DNA of 64,000 nucleotides. Origin: an uncultured Actinomycetota bacterium (GTDB lineage Bacteria; Actinomycetota; Actinomycetes; Mycobacteriales; Mycobacteriaceae). The stretch lies in the NCBI GenBank assembly GCA_963746755.1, contig CAVVCM010000005.1:28407-92406 (forward strand). The letters are read 5' to 3'. Of the stretch, positions 9,553 to 19,144 are shown one piece after another (the first letter of the stretch is position 1; each line of letters opens with the position of its first letter). The notes beneath the pieces are model-generated. The model did not search any database. It had not been told where the DNA came from and saw nothing but the letters and a program-made list of their open reading frames with translations. The position numbers were made by a program, and so were the translations under genes.

Positions 9553-11031
9553 ATGCCTGTGCAACGTGTGGTTCGTGTGGTTACCACTGCACTGACGGTT
9601 GTGGTCGTTCTCGGCACCGGGATCGCGTGGAGCAATGTCCGGTCCTTCGAAGACGGCATCTTCCACATGTCCGCGCCCTCGCTGGGCAAGGGCGGCGATG
9701 ACGGCGCGATCGACATCTTGCTGGTCGGCCTCGACAGCCGCACCGATGCGCACGGCAACCCGCTGTCCGCCGAGGAGCTGGCGACACTGCGCGCCGGCGA
9801 CGAGGAAGCCACCAACACCGACACGATCATCCTGATCCGGATACCGAACAACGGGAAGTCGGCGACCGCGATCTCGATTCCGCGGGACTCCTACGTCGCG
9901 GCCCCCGGCCTGGGCAAGACGAAGATCAACGGCGTCTATGGCCAAACCAGAGAAGCCAAGCGCGTCAACCTGGTCAAGGCCGGCGATTCCGCCGAGGACG
10001 CCGCGGCACGGGGCACCGAGGCCGGTCGCGAGGCCCTGATCAAGACCGTTGCCGACCTCACCGGGGTCACCGTCGATCACTACGCCGAGGTCGGGCTGCT
10101 CGGTTTCTCGTTGATCACCGACGCGCTCGGCGGCGTGGACGTCTGCCTCAAGGAACCGGTGTTCGAACCACTTTCGGGCGCCGACTTTCCGGCCGGCCCG
10201 CAGCGACTCGATGGCCCCCAGGCGCTCAGCTTCGTCCGCCAGCGCCATGAGCTGCCACGCGGTGACCTGGACCGGGTGGTGCGCCAGCAGGTGGTGATGG
10301 CCTCACTGGCCCATCGGGTCATCTCCGGCCACACGCTGTCCAGCCCCACCACGCTGAACCGACTGGAAGCCGCCGTCCAGCGCTCGGTGGTGCTCTCCTC
10401 CGGTTGGAACATCATGGATTTCGTACAGCAATTGCAAAAGCTGGCCGGCGGTAACGTCGCCTTCGCCACCATTCCGGTGCTCGACGGGGCCGGCTGGAGC
10501 GACGACGGCATGCAAAGCGTGGTGCGGGTCGATCCGCATCAGGTTGCCGACTGGGTCGGTGGACTGCTGCACGACCAGGATCAGGGCAAGACCGAGGAAC
10601 TGGCCTACACGCCGGCCAAGACCACCGCCAGCGTGGTCAACGACACCGACATCAACGGGCTGGCAGCGTCGGTGTCAGAAGTGTTGCGCTCCAAGGGATT
10701 TACTACCGGTGCCGTCGCCAACAACGAGGGCGGCCACGTCAAGGGCAGCCAGGTGCGGGCGGCCAAGACCGACGACCTGGGCGCACAAGAGGTCTCCAAG
10801 GAACTGGGCGGGTTGCCGGTCGTCGCCGACGCATCGATAGCACCGGGATCGGTCCGGGTGGTGCTGGCCAACGACTACAGCGGCCCGGGCTCCGGGCTTG
10901 GAGGCGGCGGCCCCGACTCTCAAGTAGTACCCGCCGGGGCGTCCAACGCCGGTTCGTCGGCCGACCCGAACGTTCCGCCGCCCTCGCCGATTCTGACCGC
11001 CGGTTCCGACAAGCCGGAGTGCATAAACTGA
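9553..11031 (+). CDS. LytR-CpsA-Psr (LCP) family cell-wall ligase, Rv3267-like
   Basis: N-terminal TM helix, then the LCP core IDILLVGLDSRTD...DTIILIRIP...ISIPRDSYV, followed by a C-terminal LytR_C-like region. Confidence 0.85.
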   Translation: MPVQRVVRVVTTALTVVVVLGTGIAWSNVRSFEDGIFHMSAPSLGKGGDDGAIDILLVGLDSRTDAHGNPLSAEELATLRAGDEEATNTDTIILIRIPNNGKSATAISIPRDSYVAAPGLGKTKINGVYGQTREAKRVNLVKAGDSAEDAAARGTEAGREALIKTVADLTGVTVDHYAEVGLLGFSLITDALGGVDVCLKEPVFEPLSGADFPAGPQRLDGPQALSFVRQRHELPRGDLDRVVRQQVVMASLAHRVISGHTLSSPTTLNRLEAAVQRSVVLSSGWNIMDFVQQLQKLAGGNVAFATIPVLDGAGWSDDGMQSVVRVDPHQVADWVGGLLHDQDQGKTEELAYTPAKTTASVVNDTDINGLAASVSEVLRSKGFTTGAVANNEGGHVKGSQVRAAKTDDLGAQEVSKELGGLPVVADASIAPGSVRVVLANDYSGPGSGLGGGGPDSQVVPAGASNAGSSADPNVPPPSPILTAGSDKPECIN

Positions 11032-11756
11032 CCACGCTGACCGGGGCGATTTTGGATCCGATGCTGCGCGCCGACCCGGTCGGTCCGCGCATCACCTACT
11101 ACGACGATGCCACCGGCGAGCGCATCGAATTGTCCGCGGTGACACTGGCCAACTGGGCCGCCAAGACCGGCAACCTGTTACGCGACGAACTGGGCGCCGG
11201 ACCGGCCAGCCGGGTCGCGACCCTGCTGCCCGCGCATTGGCAGACGGCGGCCGTGCTGTTCGGGGTGTGGTGGATCGGCGCCGAGGTGGTGCTCGAAGGC
11301 CCGGCTGACGTGGCACTGTGCACCGCGGAGCGGCTGGACGAGGCCTCAGACATCACAGCTGCCCTGAACATCGAAGCGCTCGGCGGCGAGGTGGCGGTGC
11401 TGTCGCTGGATCCATTCGGCCGCCCGGCACCCGACCTGCCGGTCGGTGTGACCGACTATGCCACCGCCGTGCGGGTGCACGGCGACCAGATCGTTCCCGA
11501 ACGCCATCCGGGTCCGGCGCTGGCCGGCCGATCGGTCGACGAGGTCTTGGCTGAGTGTGAAAGCTCCTCTGCAACAAGGGTTTTGACGGCAATGGACCGG
11601 GTGCTTTCCAGCGCGTCGTGGTCGGACCCCGCCGAGCTGGTGGACGGCCTGCTGGCAATCATGGCCGTCGGCGCGTCGTTAGTCCAGGTGGCCAATCCCG
11701 ATCCGTCGGTGATGAAGCGCAGAATCGAGACCGAAAAGGTCACCCGGGTTCTGTGA
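11019..11756 (+). CDS. TIGR03089-family conserved protein (Rv3268-like)
   Basis: LTGAILDPMLRADPVGPRITYYDDATGERIELSAVTLANWAAKT matches what I recall of this actinobacterial family. Start uncertain (11019 or ATG 11061). Confidence 0.65.
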   Translation: MHKLTTLTGAILDPMLRADPVGPRITYYDDATGERIELSAVTLANWAAKTGNLLRDELGAGPASRVATLLPAHWQTAAVLFGVWWIGAEVVLEGPADVALCTAERLDEASDITAALNIEALGGEVAVLSLDPFGRPAPDLPVGVTDYATAVRVHGDQIVPERHPGPALAGRSVDEVLAECESSSATRVLTAMDRVLSSASWSDPAELVDGLLAIMAVGASLVQVANPDPSVMKRRIETEKVTRVL

Positions 11757-11796
11757 ATCAGGCAGCCCACATCCACACGGCATCCCCAGATACATG

Positions 11797-11825
11797 TTGA
11801 TATCGCAATATTTCAATGTTAACGT
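11797..11825 (+). promoter_or_regulatory. Candidate sigma-70-type promoter for the Rv3269-like/ctpC operon
   Basis: TTGATA (11797-11802), a 17-nt spacer, then TAACGT (11820-11825), in an AT-rich patch 40 bp upstream of the start codon. Confidence 0.4.
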
Positions 11826-11864
11826 CGGCAGGACTTGCCCAAGATACGTCAGAGGAAGGTTTAG

Positions 11865-12146
11865 GTGATGGTGCACGGACTGCTCGCAAAGGCGACCGCC
11901 GCGGTGGTAACGGGCGCGGTCGGCGCGGCCGCTTACGACCTGGTGCGCAAGGCCGCGGCCAAGGCTCCGCTGCATGCGACCGCGGTATCGGCGGCGGAGC
12001 TGGGCTTGCGCGGGACCCGCAAGGCCGAGGAGGCCGCCGAGTCTGCCCGGCTGAAGATTTCGGATGTGATGGCCGAAGCTCGCGAGCGCATCGGCGAAGA
12101 GGCGCCCACTCCTGCCGTCGGAAACGCCCACGACCACGAACACTGA
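11865..12146 (+). CDS. DUF1490-type small protein, Rv3269-like partner of CtpC
   Basis: 93 aa, ending in a His/Asp-rich tail GNAHDHEH. GAGGAAGG RBS upstream. Lies 10 bp before ctpC as in M. tuberculosis. Confidence 0.75.
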   Translation: MMVHGLLAKATAAVVTGAVGAAAYDLVRKAAAKAPLHATAVSAAELGLRGTRKAEEAAESARLKISDVMAEARERIGEEAPTPAVGNAHDHEH

Positions 12147-12156
12147 TCTCCTCGAC

Positions 12157-14343
12157 ATGACGCTCGCCATTACTCAAGAAGCCGCAACAACCGACGACCC
12201 TGCCCTGGCGGTGGTTTCGGATGCGGCGGGACGCATGCGGGTTTCCGTTGACTGGGTACGGGGCAACTCCCGGCGTGCTGTGGCGGTCGAAGAAGCCGTT
12301 GCCCAGCAGAACGGTGTGCGCGTCGTGCACGCCTATCCGCGCACCGGGTCGGTCGTCGTGTGGTATTCGCCGCGGCATTGCGACCGCTCCTCGGTGCTGG
12401 CCGCGATCAGCGGCGCCGCACAAGTCGCATCCGAGCTGATCCCGGCGCGCGAGCCGCATTCGTCGGAGATCCGCAACGCCGATGTGCTGCGGATGGTCGT
12501 CGGCGGCGTAGCGCTGACCTTACTCGGCGTGCGCCGCTACGTGTTCGCACGACCGCCGCTGCTCGGACCCAGCGGCCAGATGGCGGCCAGCGGTATAGCC
12601 ATCTTCACCGGCTACCCGTTCCTGCGCGGCGCGCTGCGCTCGCTGCGCTCCGGGAAGACCGGTACCGACACGTTGGTTTCGGCAGCGACGCTGGCCAGCT
12701 TGCTGCTGGGCGAAAACGTGGTCGCACTCACGGTGCTGTGGCTGCTCAATATTGGCGGATACCTGCAGGATCTGACCCTGCGACGGACCCGGCGGGCCAT
12801 CTCGCAGCTGCTGCGCGGCAGCCAGGACACGGCATGGATTCGCCTGACCGACGGCGTGCAAGCGGGCACCGAAGTGCAAGTGGCGATCGACACCGTACAG
12901 ATCGGCGACGAGGTGGTGGTTCACGACCACGTCGCGATACCGGTGGACGGGGAGGTGGTCGACGGCGAAGCGATTGTCAACCAGTCGGCGATCACCGGGG
13001 AAAACCTGCCGGTCAGCATCATGGTCGGGGCGCGCGTGCACGCCGGGTCCGTCGTGGTGCGCGGACGGCTGGTGGTGCGCGCCCACGCCGTCGGCAACCA
13101 GACCACGATCGGGCGCATCATCACCCGCGTCGAAGAGGCGCAGCACGACCGCGCACCTATCCAAACCGTCGGCGAAAACTTCTCCCGCCGCTTCGTTCCC
13201 GCCTCGTTCATCGTCTCCGCCATCACCTTGCTGGTCACCGGGGATGTCCGGCGCGCGATGACCATGCTGCTGATCGCGTGCCCGTGCGCCGTGGGCCTGT
13301 CCACGCCCACCGCAATCAGCGCCGCCATCGGCAACGGTGCGCGCCGCGGCATCCTCATCAAGGGCGGATCCCACCTCGAACAGGCGGCCCGGGTCGACGC
13401 GATCGTGTTCGACAAAACCGGAACGCTGACCGTCGGGCGTCCGGTGGTCACCAATATCATTGCTATGCACAAGGACTGGGAGCCCGAGCAAGTGCTGGCG
13501 TATGCGGCCAGCTCGGAGATCCACTCTCGCCATCCGCTGGCCGAGGCGGTGATCCGCTCGACCGAGGAACGCCGTATCAGCATCCCGCCGCATGAGGAGT
13601 GCGAGGTGCTGGTGGGGTTGGGCATGCGGACCCGGGCCGACGGCCGGACCCTGCTGCTGGGCAGTCCGTCGCTGCTGCGCGCCGAGAAAGTGAAGGTGTC
13701 GAAGAAGGCCTCGGAATGGGTGGGCAAGCTGCGACGCCAGGCCGAGACGCCGTTGCTACTCGCGGTGGACGGCACCCTGGTGGGGCTGATCAGCCTGCGC
13801 GACGAAGTGCGGCCCGAGGCGGCCGAGGTGCTGAAGAGATTGCAGGCCGGCGGCGTTCGCCGGATCGTGATGCTCACCGGCGACCACCCGGACATCGCCA
13901 AGGTCGTCGCCGATGAACTCGGAATCGACGAATGGCGCGCCGAGGTGATGCCGGAGGACAAGCTCGAGGTGGTGCGCGACCTGCAGGACGGCGGCTTCGT
14001 CGTCGGCATGGTCGGCGACGGCATCAACGACGCCCCCGCGCTCGCGGCCGCCGATATCGGGATCGCCATGGGCCTGGCCGGAACCGATGTCGCCGTCGAG
14101 ACCGCCGATGTGGCGCTGGCCAATGACGATTTGCATCGGCTGCTCGACGTGCGGGACCTGGGCGCCCGGGCGGTCGACGTCATCCGCCAGAACTACGGCA
14201 TGTCCATCGCCGTCAACGCGGCCGGGCTGATCATCGGCGCGGGCGGCGCCTTGTCTCCTGTGCTGGCCGCGATCCTGCACAACGCGTCGTCAGTGGCGGT
14301 GGTGGCCAACAGCTCCCGGCTGATCCGCTACCGCCTGGACTAG
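12157..14343 (+). CDS. ctpC: P1B-type metal-exporting ATPase CtpC
   Basis: 728 aa with TGE (AITGEN), the TM6 motif CPC (LIACPCAVGLSTP), the phosphorylation site FDKTGTLT, and the hinge GDGINDAPAL. Synteny with Rv3269. Confidence 0.92.
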   Translation: MTLAITQEAATTDDPALAVVSDAAGRMRVSVDWVRGNSRRAVAVEEAVAQQNGVRVVHAYPRTGSVVVWYSPRHCDRSSVLAAISGAAQVASELIPAREPHSSEIRNADVLRMVVGGVALTLLGVRRYVFARPPLLGPSGQMAASGIAIFTGYPFLRGALRSLRSGKTGTDTLVSAATLASLLLGENVVALTVLWLLNIGGYLQDLTLRRTRRAISQLLRGSQDTAWIRLTDGVQAGTEVQVAIDTVQIGDEVVVHDHVAIPVDGEVVDGEAIVNQSAITGENLPVSIMVGARVHAGSVVVRGRLVVRAHAVGNQTTIGRIITRVEEAQHDRAPIQTVGENFSRRFVPASFIVSAITLLVTGDVRRAMTMLLIACPCAVGLSTPTAISAAIGNGARRGILIKGGSHLEQAARVDAIVFDKTGTLTVGRPVVTNIIAMHKDWEPEQVLAYAASSEIHSRHPLAEAVIRSTEERRISIPPHEECEVLVGLGMRTRADGRTLLLGSPSLLRAEKVKVSKKASEWVGKLRRQAETPLLLAVDGTLVGLISLRDEVRPEAAEVLKRLQAGGVRRIVMLTGDHPDIAKVVADELGIDEWRAEVMPEDKLEVVRDLQDGGFVVGMVGDGINDAPALAAADIGIAMGLAGTDVAVETADVALANDDLHRLLDVRDLGARAVDVIRQNYGMSIAVNAAGLIIGAGGALSPVLAAILHNASSVAVVANSSRLIRYRLD

Positions 14344-14450
14344 TGGCGATCGCCAGCGCGGCGAAGCCGGGCGCAGCGGGTCGCCACGCGGAAACTGTGG
14401 CGATCGCCAGCGCGGCGAAGCCGGGCGCAGCGGGTCGCCACGCGGAAACT
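14343..14450. repeat. Perfect tandem repeat, 2 x 54 bp (MIRU-like VNTR candidate)
   Basis: The unit GTGGCGATCGCCAGCGCGGCGAAGCCGGGCGCAGCGGGTCGCCACGCGGAAACT occurs at 14343-14396 and identically at 14397-14450. The first base is the G of the ctpC TAG stop. Confidence 0.95.
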
Positions 14451-14461
14451 GAGCCCGCCGG

Positions 14462-15175
14462 TCAGCAGCCGCAGTCCTCACCGCGCCATGACCGGATACC
14501 CTGCCACACCGCGAGCGCGGCGATGACCAAGCCGACCGTGGGGTCGAACCACCAACCGCCGGACCAGGCGGCGGTGACGCCAAGGCCGACCAGCACCCCG
14601 GCGGCCTGGGCGGCGCACAGGTAGTTTTGGGTCCCTTCCCCCTCGGTGGCCGCCGATCCCAGCCGCGCGCCCAGTTTGTGGTTGGCCCAGCCCAGGATCG
14701 GCATCAGCAGCAACGCGACGGCCGTCAATCCGATGCCGATCACAGAGGTGTTGGCATGGTGCCCATCGATTAGGTCGGTCACCGACTCGGCGGCGATGTA
14801 AGGGGCGGTCAACCAAAACGACACCGCAACGCCGCGCTGTGCGCGCGACTCGGCGGCCTCGGACAGACGACGAGGGCCGCTGAAGCGCCATGCCACCATC
14901 GCGCTGGCCAGCGCCTCGGAACCGCCGCCGAGCGCCCATCCGGTCAGTGCGACGGACCCGACCACCAGGCCCTGCCACAGACCGACGGCGCCCTCGACGA
15001 GCAGCACGGCCAGGCTCACCCAGGCCAACCGCCGCGCCCACCTGGCACCGGCCTGCCACCCGGCGTCCCGCGTCGCGGCGATCCGGCATTCTTCGGCCCG
15101 CGCCAAGGAGAAGGCCTGGGGAGCGGTCACTGCGCCATGGTAGAGGAAACGCGGCAAGCTCGTATGCCTTGACAC
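14462..15175 (-). CDS. Integral membrane protein, cation-efflux-like (Rv3271c-like)
   Basis: 237 aa with multiple hydrophobic helices, a DLIDGHH motif and a C-terminal CGC. Convergent with ctpC as in M. tuberculosis. The function call is weak. Confidence 0.6.
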   Translation of the reverse strand: MSRHTSLPRFLYHGAVTAPQAFSLARAEECRIAATRDAGWQAGARWARRLAWVSLAVLLVEGAVGLWQGLVVGSVALTGWALGGGSEALASAMVAWRFSGPRRLSEAAESRAQRGVAVSFWLTAPYIAAESVTDLIDGHHANTSVIGIGLTAVALLLMPILGWANHKLGARLGSAATEGEGTQNYLCAAQAAGVLVGLGVTAAWSGGWWFDPTVGLVIAALAVWQGIRSWRGEDCGC

Positions 15176-15204
15176 CCGCCCGTAATGGATCCGTGCCGAA
15201 GCCC

Positions 15205-16911
15205 CTAATCTGGCCTATTTACGGTTGCCTGGTTGTTCAGCAAGCGTTTGAGCACCTTGCCGGCCGCGTTGCGGGGCAGCGCATCGACAACGAGCACATC
15301 ACGCGGAACCTTGAAGCGGGCCAACCGATTTCGGACGTAATCTTTGACGTCCTGCTCGGTCAGTGATGCGCCCGGCCGCACCACGATGTAGGCGCGCAGA
15401 CGCTGCCCGAACTCCTCGTCGTCGACGCCGACGACCGCGACGTCGAGGATGCCGGGATGATGCGCGAGCGCCTCTTCGACCTCGCCCGGGTACACGTTCT
15501 CCCCGCCGGAGACGATCATCTCGTCGTCGCGCCCGTCGATGAACAGCCTGCCGGCCCGATCGAAATGACCGACGTCGCCGGTGGACATCAGGCCCTGGAT
15601 CGACTCCTTGGTGCCGCCGCCGGTGTATCCCTCGAAGGCCAGCACGTTGCCGACGAAGATCCGCCCCGCCGCGCCCGGGGCAGCCTCGTGCAGGCCGTCG
15701 GTGAAAATCTTGACGACCGACCCCGGCACCACCGCACCGACGCATCCCGGCTCGACGGCCAGATCGGCGGGCGTGGCGATGGTGGCGTAAGCGACCTCGG
15801 TGGATCCGTACATGTTGTAGACCACGGGCCCCAGCGCCTCGAGCGCGCGGGTGGCCAGCGCTGCACCAAGCTGGGATCCGCCGACGAACACGATGCGCAA
15901 CGAAGACAAATCGTGGTCGGCGAGGGCTGTCGGACCCAGATCGAGAATGCGCCGCAGCATGATCGGCACGACGATCATGGCGCTGGCCCGCTGCGCGGCC
16001 ACGCTGGTCAAGGTCTTCAGGGGATCGAACTCGCGGCGCAGTACCAGCGTCGAGCCCAGCACCATCGCGTACATCGCATGGCTGAAACCCAGCGAATGAA
16101 ACAGCGGCACACAGCATTCGGTGACTTCCCGGCAACGAAACGGCACCTTGCCGAGCAGGCCGCCGACCGGTATCAGCGAGTAGGGCTCCGAGCGCGCGGC
16201 ACCCTTCGGGGCTCCGGTCGTCCCGCTGGTGGAAATGATGATCTTGGGCCGACCACCGGATCGCGGTGGCGGGTGCCTGTCGCCTTGCTCGATCAGCGCA
16301 TCGAGGCTTTCGGCAGCTGGCGTTTGCGTCCAGGCCCGAATCCGGCCCAGCCTCGGCTGGACGTCCGCGACGACGGCGCTGTACTCCTCGTCGTACACCA
16401 AAAGGTCGACGCCTTCGCGGGTCACCATGTCGGCGAGTTGCGCGCTGCCGAATCCGGTGTTGAGTAGCAGGACACCCGCGCCGCACTTGCCGGCGGCGTA
16501 GACGGCTTCCAGGAAGCCTCGGTGGTTACCGGCCAAGATAGCCACACTGGCACCGGGGCCAAGCCCGCGGCGGCGCCACTCGTTAGCCAACGCGTTGGTC
16601 CGGCTGTCCAGATCGCCGAAACTCAGCGGACCACGCTCGTCGATCAGCGCCACCCCGTCGCGGTCCCGGGCCGCGGTGAGGACCGTCGCCGCCCCCAGCA
16701 GGCCGTAGCGGTCGAGCGCCCGCAGCACCGGCAAGACCCCGGTGGGCGGAAACCACCGCACCGCCCCGGACCGCGCATACAGCAGCAGTGACCAGGCTTC
16801 CAAGCCCGCGCGCCTGACCCACCCCGTCGTCGTCTGCACACGTCGATGCTGCCGCCGGGTCCTTCCAGAGATAAGGGCGCAACGCCACCACCGGCAGGGG
16901 TCTTTGGTCAC
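15205..16911 (-). CDS. Acyl-CoA synthetase / AMP-dependent ligase (FadD-like)
   Basis: AMP-binding P-loop IISTSGTTGAPKGA, GYGSTE-like YNMYGSTE, TGDVG and a C-terminal PRNAAGKVLKR. The N-terminus is uncertain (GTG 16839 is an alternative). Confidence 0.85.
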   Translation of the reverse strand: MTKDPCRWWRCALISGRTRRQHRRVQTTTGWVRRAGLEAWSLLLYARSGAVRWFPPTGVLPVLRALDRYGLLGAATVLTAARDRDGVALIDERGPLSFGDLDSRTNALANEWRRRGLGPGASVAILAGNHRGFLEAVYAAGKCGAGVLLLNTGFGSAQLADMVTREGVDLLVYDEEYSAVVADVQPRLGRIRAWTQTPAAESLDALIEQGDRHPPPRSGGRPKIIISTSGTTGAPKGAARSEPYSLIPVGGLLGKVPFRCREVTECCVPLFHSLGFSHAMYAMVLGSTLVLRREFDPLKTLTSVAAQRASAMIVVPIMLRRILDLGPTALADHDLSSLRIVFVGGSQLGAALATRALEALGPVVYNMYGSTEVAYATIATPADLAVEPGCVGAVVPGSVVKIFTDGLHEAAPGAAGRIFVGNVLAFEGYTGGGTKESIQGLMSTGDVGHFDRAGRLFIDGRDDEMIVSGGENVYPGEVEEALAHHPGILDVAVVGVDDEEFGQRLRAYIVVRPGASLTEQDVKDYVRNRLARFKVPRDVLVVDALPRNAAGKVLKRLLNNQATVNRPD

Positions 16912-16999
16912 CGTGTGCCGCCGGCACCCGTGCCGCGGGATGCGCCGGCGCGCTTGTAGTTATTCTGGCTAACCAGTAGATCGGAAGGGGACTTTCTCG

Positions 17000-17914
17000 A
17001 TGGCGCGTACCGACAACGACACCTGGGATTTGGCGACCAGTGTGGGGGCCACCGCCACCATGGTGGCCGCCGGAAGAGCCCGGGCCACCCGGGACGCGCT
17101 GATCGACGATCGGTTCGCCGAGCCGCTGGTGCGCGCCGTCGGCGTTGACTTCTTCACCCGGTGGGCCGCCGGCCAGTTCGATTCCGCTGACGTCGACGTC
17201 CCCGGTGCCCCGTGGGGTATGCAACGCATGACCGACATGCTGGCCGCCCGCACGCGCTACATCGACGCGTTCTTCTCCCGGGCGGGGGCCGCGGGCATCC
17301 GCCAGGTGGTCATCTTGGCCTCCGGTCTTGACGCGCGCGCATATCGGCTGGCTTGGGCGGCCGGCACCACCGTATTCGAGATCGACCAGCCGCAAGTCAT
17401 CGAATTCAAGGCCGCCACCATCGCCAAGCTCGCCGCCTTACCCACGGCCGACGTGCGGGCCGTCCCGATCGACTTGCGCCACGATTGGCCGTCGGCACTG
17501 CAACAGGCCGGCTTCGACACCGGACGGCCCGCCGCCTGGGCCGCCGAGGGCCTGCTCGGCTTCCTGCCGGCCGACGCCCAGGACCGGCTGCTGGACAACA
17601 TCACCGCGCTCAGCGCCGACGGTAGTCAGCTGGTGGCCGAAGCCTTTCTGAATTCGGGCGCCAACCAGCAGGCCTTGAACGCCGCCACTGGGAAGTGGCG
17701 GGAGAACGGTCTCGACGTCGAGCTCGAGAATCTGGGCTTCCCCGGCGAACGCAACGACGTGGCGACCTACCTGGAAGAGCGTGGCTGGCAGCCGGTTCGC
17801 ACGCCACTGAATCAGCTGCTGGCCGACAACGGGTTTCCGCTGCAGCCCACCGGTGCGGATGCGCCCTTCGCGCAGAACTACTACTGCACCGCGGTGCTGA
17901 ACAAGACAGCGTAA
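17000..17914 (+). CDS. Class I SAM-dependent methyltransferase (mycobacterial TIGR00027 / Rv0725c-like family)
   Basis: N-terminus [26 protein letters not shown] and SAM motif [24 protein letters not shown] upstream. Confidence 0.8.
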   Translation: MARTDNDTWDLATSVGATATMVAAGRARATRDALIDDRFAEPLVRAVGVDFFTRWAAGQFDSADVDVPGAPWGMQRMTDMLAARTRYIDAFFSRAGAAGIRQVVILASGLDARAYRLAWAAGTTVFEIDQPQVIEFKAATIAKLAALPTADVRAVPIDLRHDWPSALQQAGFDTGRPAAWAAEGLLGFLPADAQDRLLDNITALSADGSQLVAEAFLNSGANQQALNAATGKWRENGLDVELENLGFPGERNDVATYLEERGWQPVRTPLNQLLADNGFPLQPTGADAPFAQNYYCTAVLNKTA

Positions 17915-17926
17915 GAAAGGCCGCAC

Positions 17927-19132
17927 ATGCCAAACAGCAAGCCCCCCAAGCCACTTGACGGATACCGGGTACTCGACTTCACCCAGAACATAGCCGGACC
18001 GATGGCCGGGCAGGTGCTGGCCGACCTGGGCGCCGAGGTCATCAAGGTCGAGGCGCCCGTCGGTGAGGCCGCCCGGCACATCACCGCTGTCCTTCCGGGG
18101 CGCCCGCCGCTGGCCACGTTGTTCCTGCCCCACAACCGGGGCAAGAAGTCGGTGGTGGCGGACCTCACCCGCGACGACGCCAAGGAGCAGATCCTGCGGC
18201 TGGTCGACACCGCCGACGTGGTGCTGGAAGGGTTTCGCCCCGGGGTCATGGAACGCATGGGCCTGGGCCCTGACGACTTGCGGTCACGCAATCCCAGACT
18301 CATCTACGCGCGCCTTTCGGCCTACGGCGGCAATGGCCCGTACGGCAGCCGGCCGGGCGTCGACCTGATGGTCGCCGCGGAGTCGGGCATGACCACCGGG
18401 ATGCCCACGCCGACCGGCAAACCCCAAATCATCCCTTTTCAACTCGTCGACGCCGCCAGCGGTCACGTGCTGGCCCAGGCGGTGTTGGCCGCACTGCTCA
18501 ACCGTGAGCGCCACGGGGTGGCCGACGTCGTGCGGGTCGCGATGTACGACGTCGCGGTTAGCCTGCAGGCCAGTCAGCTGACCATCCACCTGAACAAGCC
18601 AAGCGAGGCCGCTAAGCCAGATGCGGGGTCGGATTCAAAGCCAAAGCCCAAGCGGCGCAAGGGAGTCGGCTTTGCCACCCAGCCATCGGATGCATTCCGG
18701 GCCGCCGACGGGTACCTGGTGATCAGCGCGTATGTGCCCAAGCACTGGAAGAAGCTGTGTGAGATCATCGGCCGGCCCGACCTGCTGGACGACGAGCGAT
18801 TCATCGACCAGCGCGCGCGAGCGCTCAACTACCCGGAGCTGACCGAAGAACTTCAGGCGGCACTGGCCGCCAAGACCGCGGCCGAATGGGTGGAGCTGCT
18901 ACAGGAGGGCGGCCTGATGGCCTGCCATGCCTACACCTGGAAACAGGTGGTCGACACCCCGCTGTTCGCCGAGAACGAGCTGGCCCTGCAGGTCGGCAGC
19001 GGTGAGGACGCGGTCACGGTGATCCGGACCCCGGCGCGCTACTCGAGCTTCGACGCCGCGGCCACCGATCCCCCGCCTGCGCCGGGGCAGCACAACGACC
19101 TGCTTCTCACCGCACCGCAGACCGCCTCGTAA
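17927..19132 (+). CDS. Family III CoA-transferase (CaiB/BaiF; Rv3272-like)
   Basis: LDGYRVLDFTQNIAGPMAGQVLADLGAEVIKVE N-terminus and FRPGVMERMGLG motif. Confidence 0.85.
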   Translation: MPNSKPPKPLDGYRVLDFTQNIAGPMAGQVLADLGAEVIKVEAPVGEAARHITAVLPGRPPLATLFLPHNRGKKSVVADLTRDDAKEQILRLVDTADVVLEGFRPGVMERMGLGPDDLRSRNPRLIYARLSAYGGNGPYGSRPGVDLMVAAESGMTTGMPTPTGKPQIIPFQLVDAASGHVLAQAVLAALLNRERHGVADVVRVAMYDVAVSLQASQLTIHLNKPSEAAKPDAGSDSKPKPKRRKGVGFATQPSDAFRAADGYLVISAYVPKHWKKLCEIIGRPDLLDDERFIDQRARALNYPELTEELQAALAAKTAAEWVELLQEGGLMACHAYTWKQVVDTPLFAENELALQVGSGEDAVTVIRTPARYSSFDAAATDPPPAPGQHNDLLLTAPQTAS

Positions 19133-19144
19133 CGCTTCGCCACC

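Noticed and set aside
12921-14183. 420-aa minus-strand ORF (plus 357-aa and 411-aa ORFs) overlapping ctpC
   Set aside because: The translations are Arg/Ala/Ser/Pro/Thr-rich and low-complexity, with no recognisable motifs. These are typical shadow ORFs of a high-GC gene whose true frame (ctpC) has all the P-type ATPase motifs.
14343-14624. 93-aa ORF starting in the 54-bp repeat (MAIASAAKPGAAGRHAET x2...)
   Set aside because: It runs antisense into the Rv3271c-like gene and has no RBS other than the ctpC stop overlap. I treat the repeat as non-coding, although MIRU-style mini-ORF coupling cannot be excluded.
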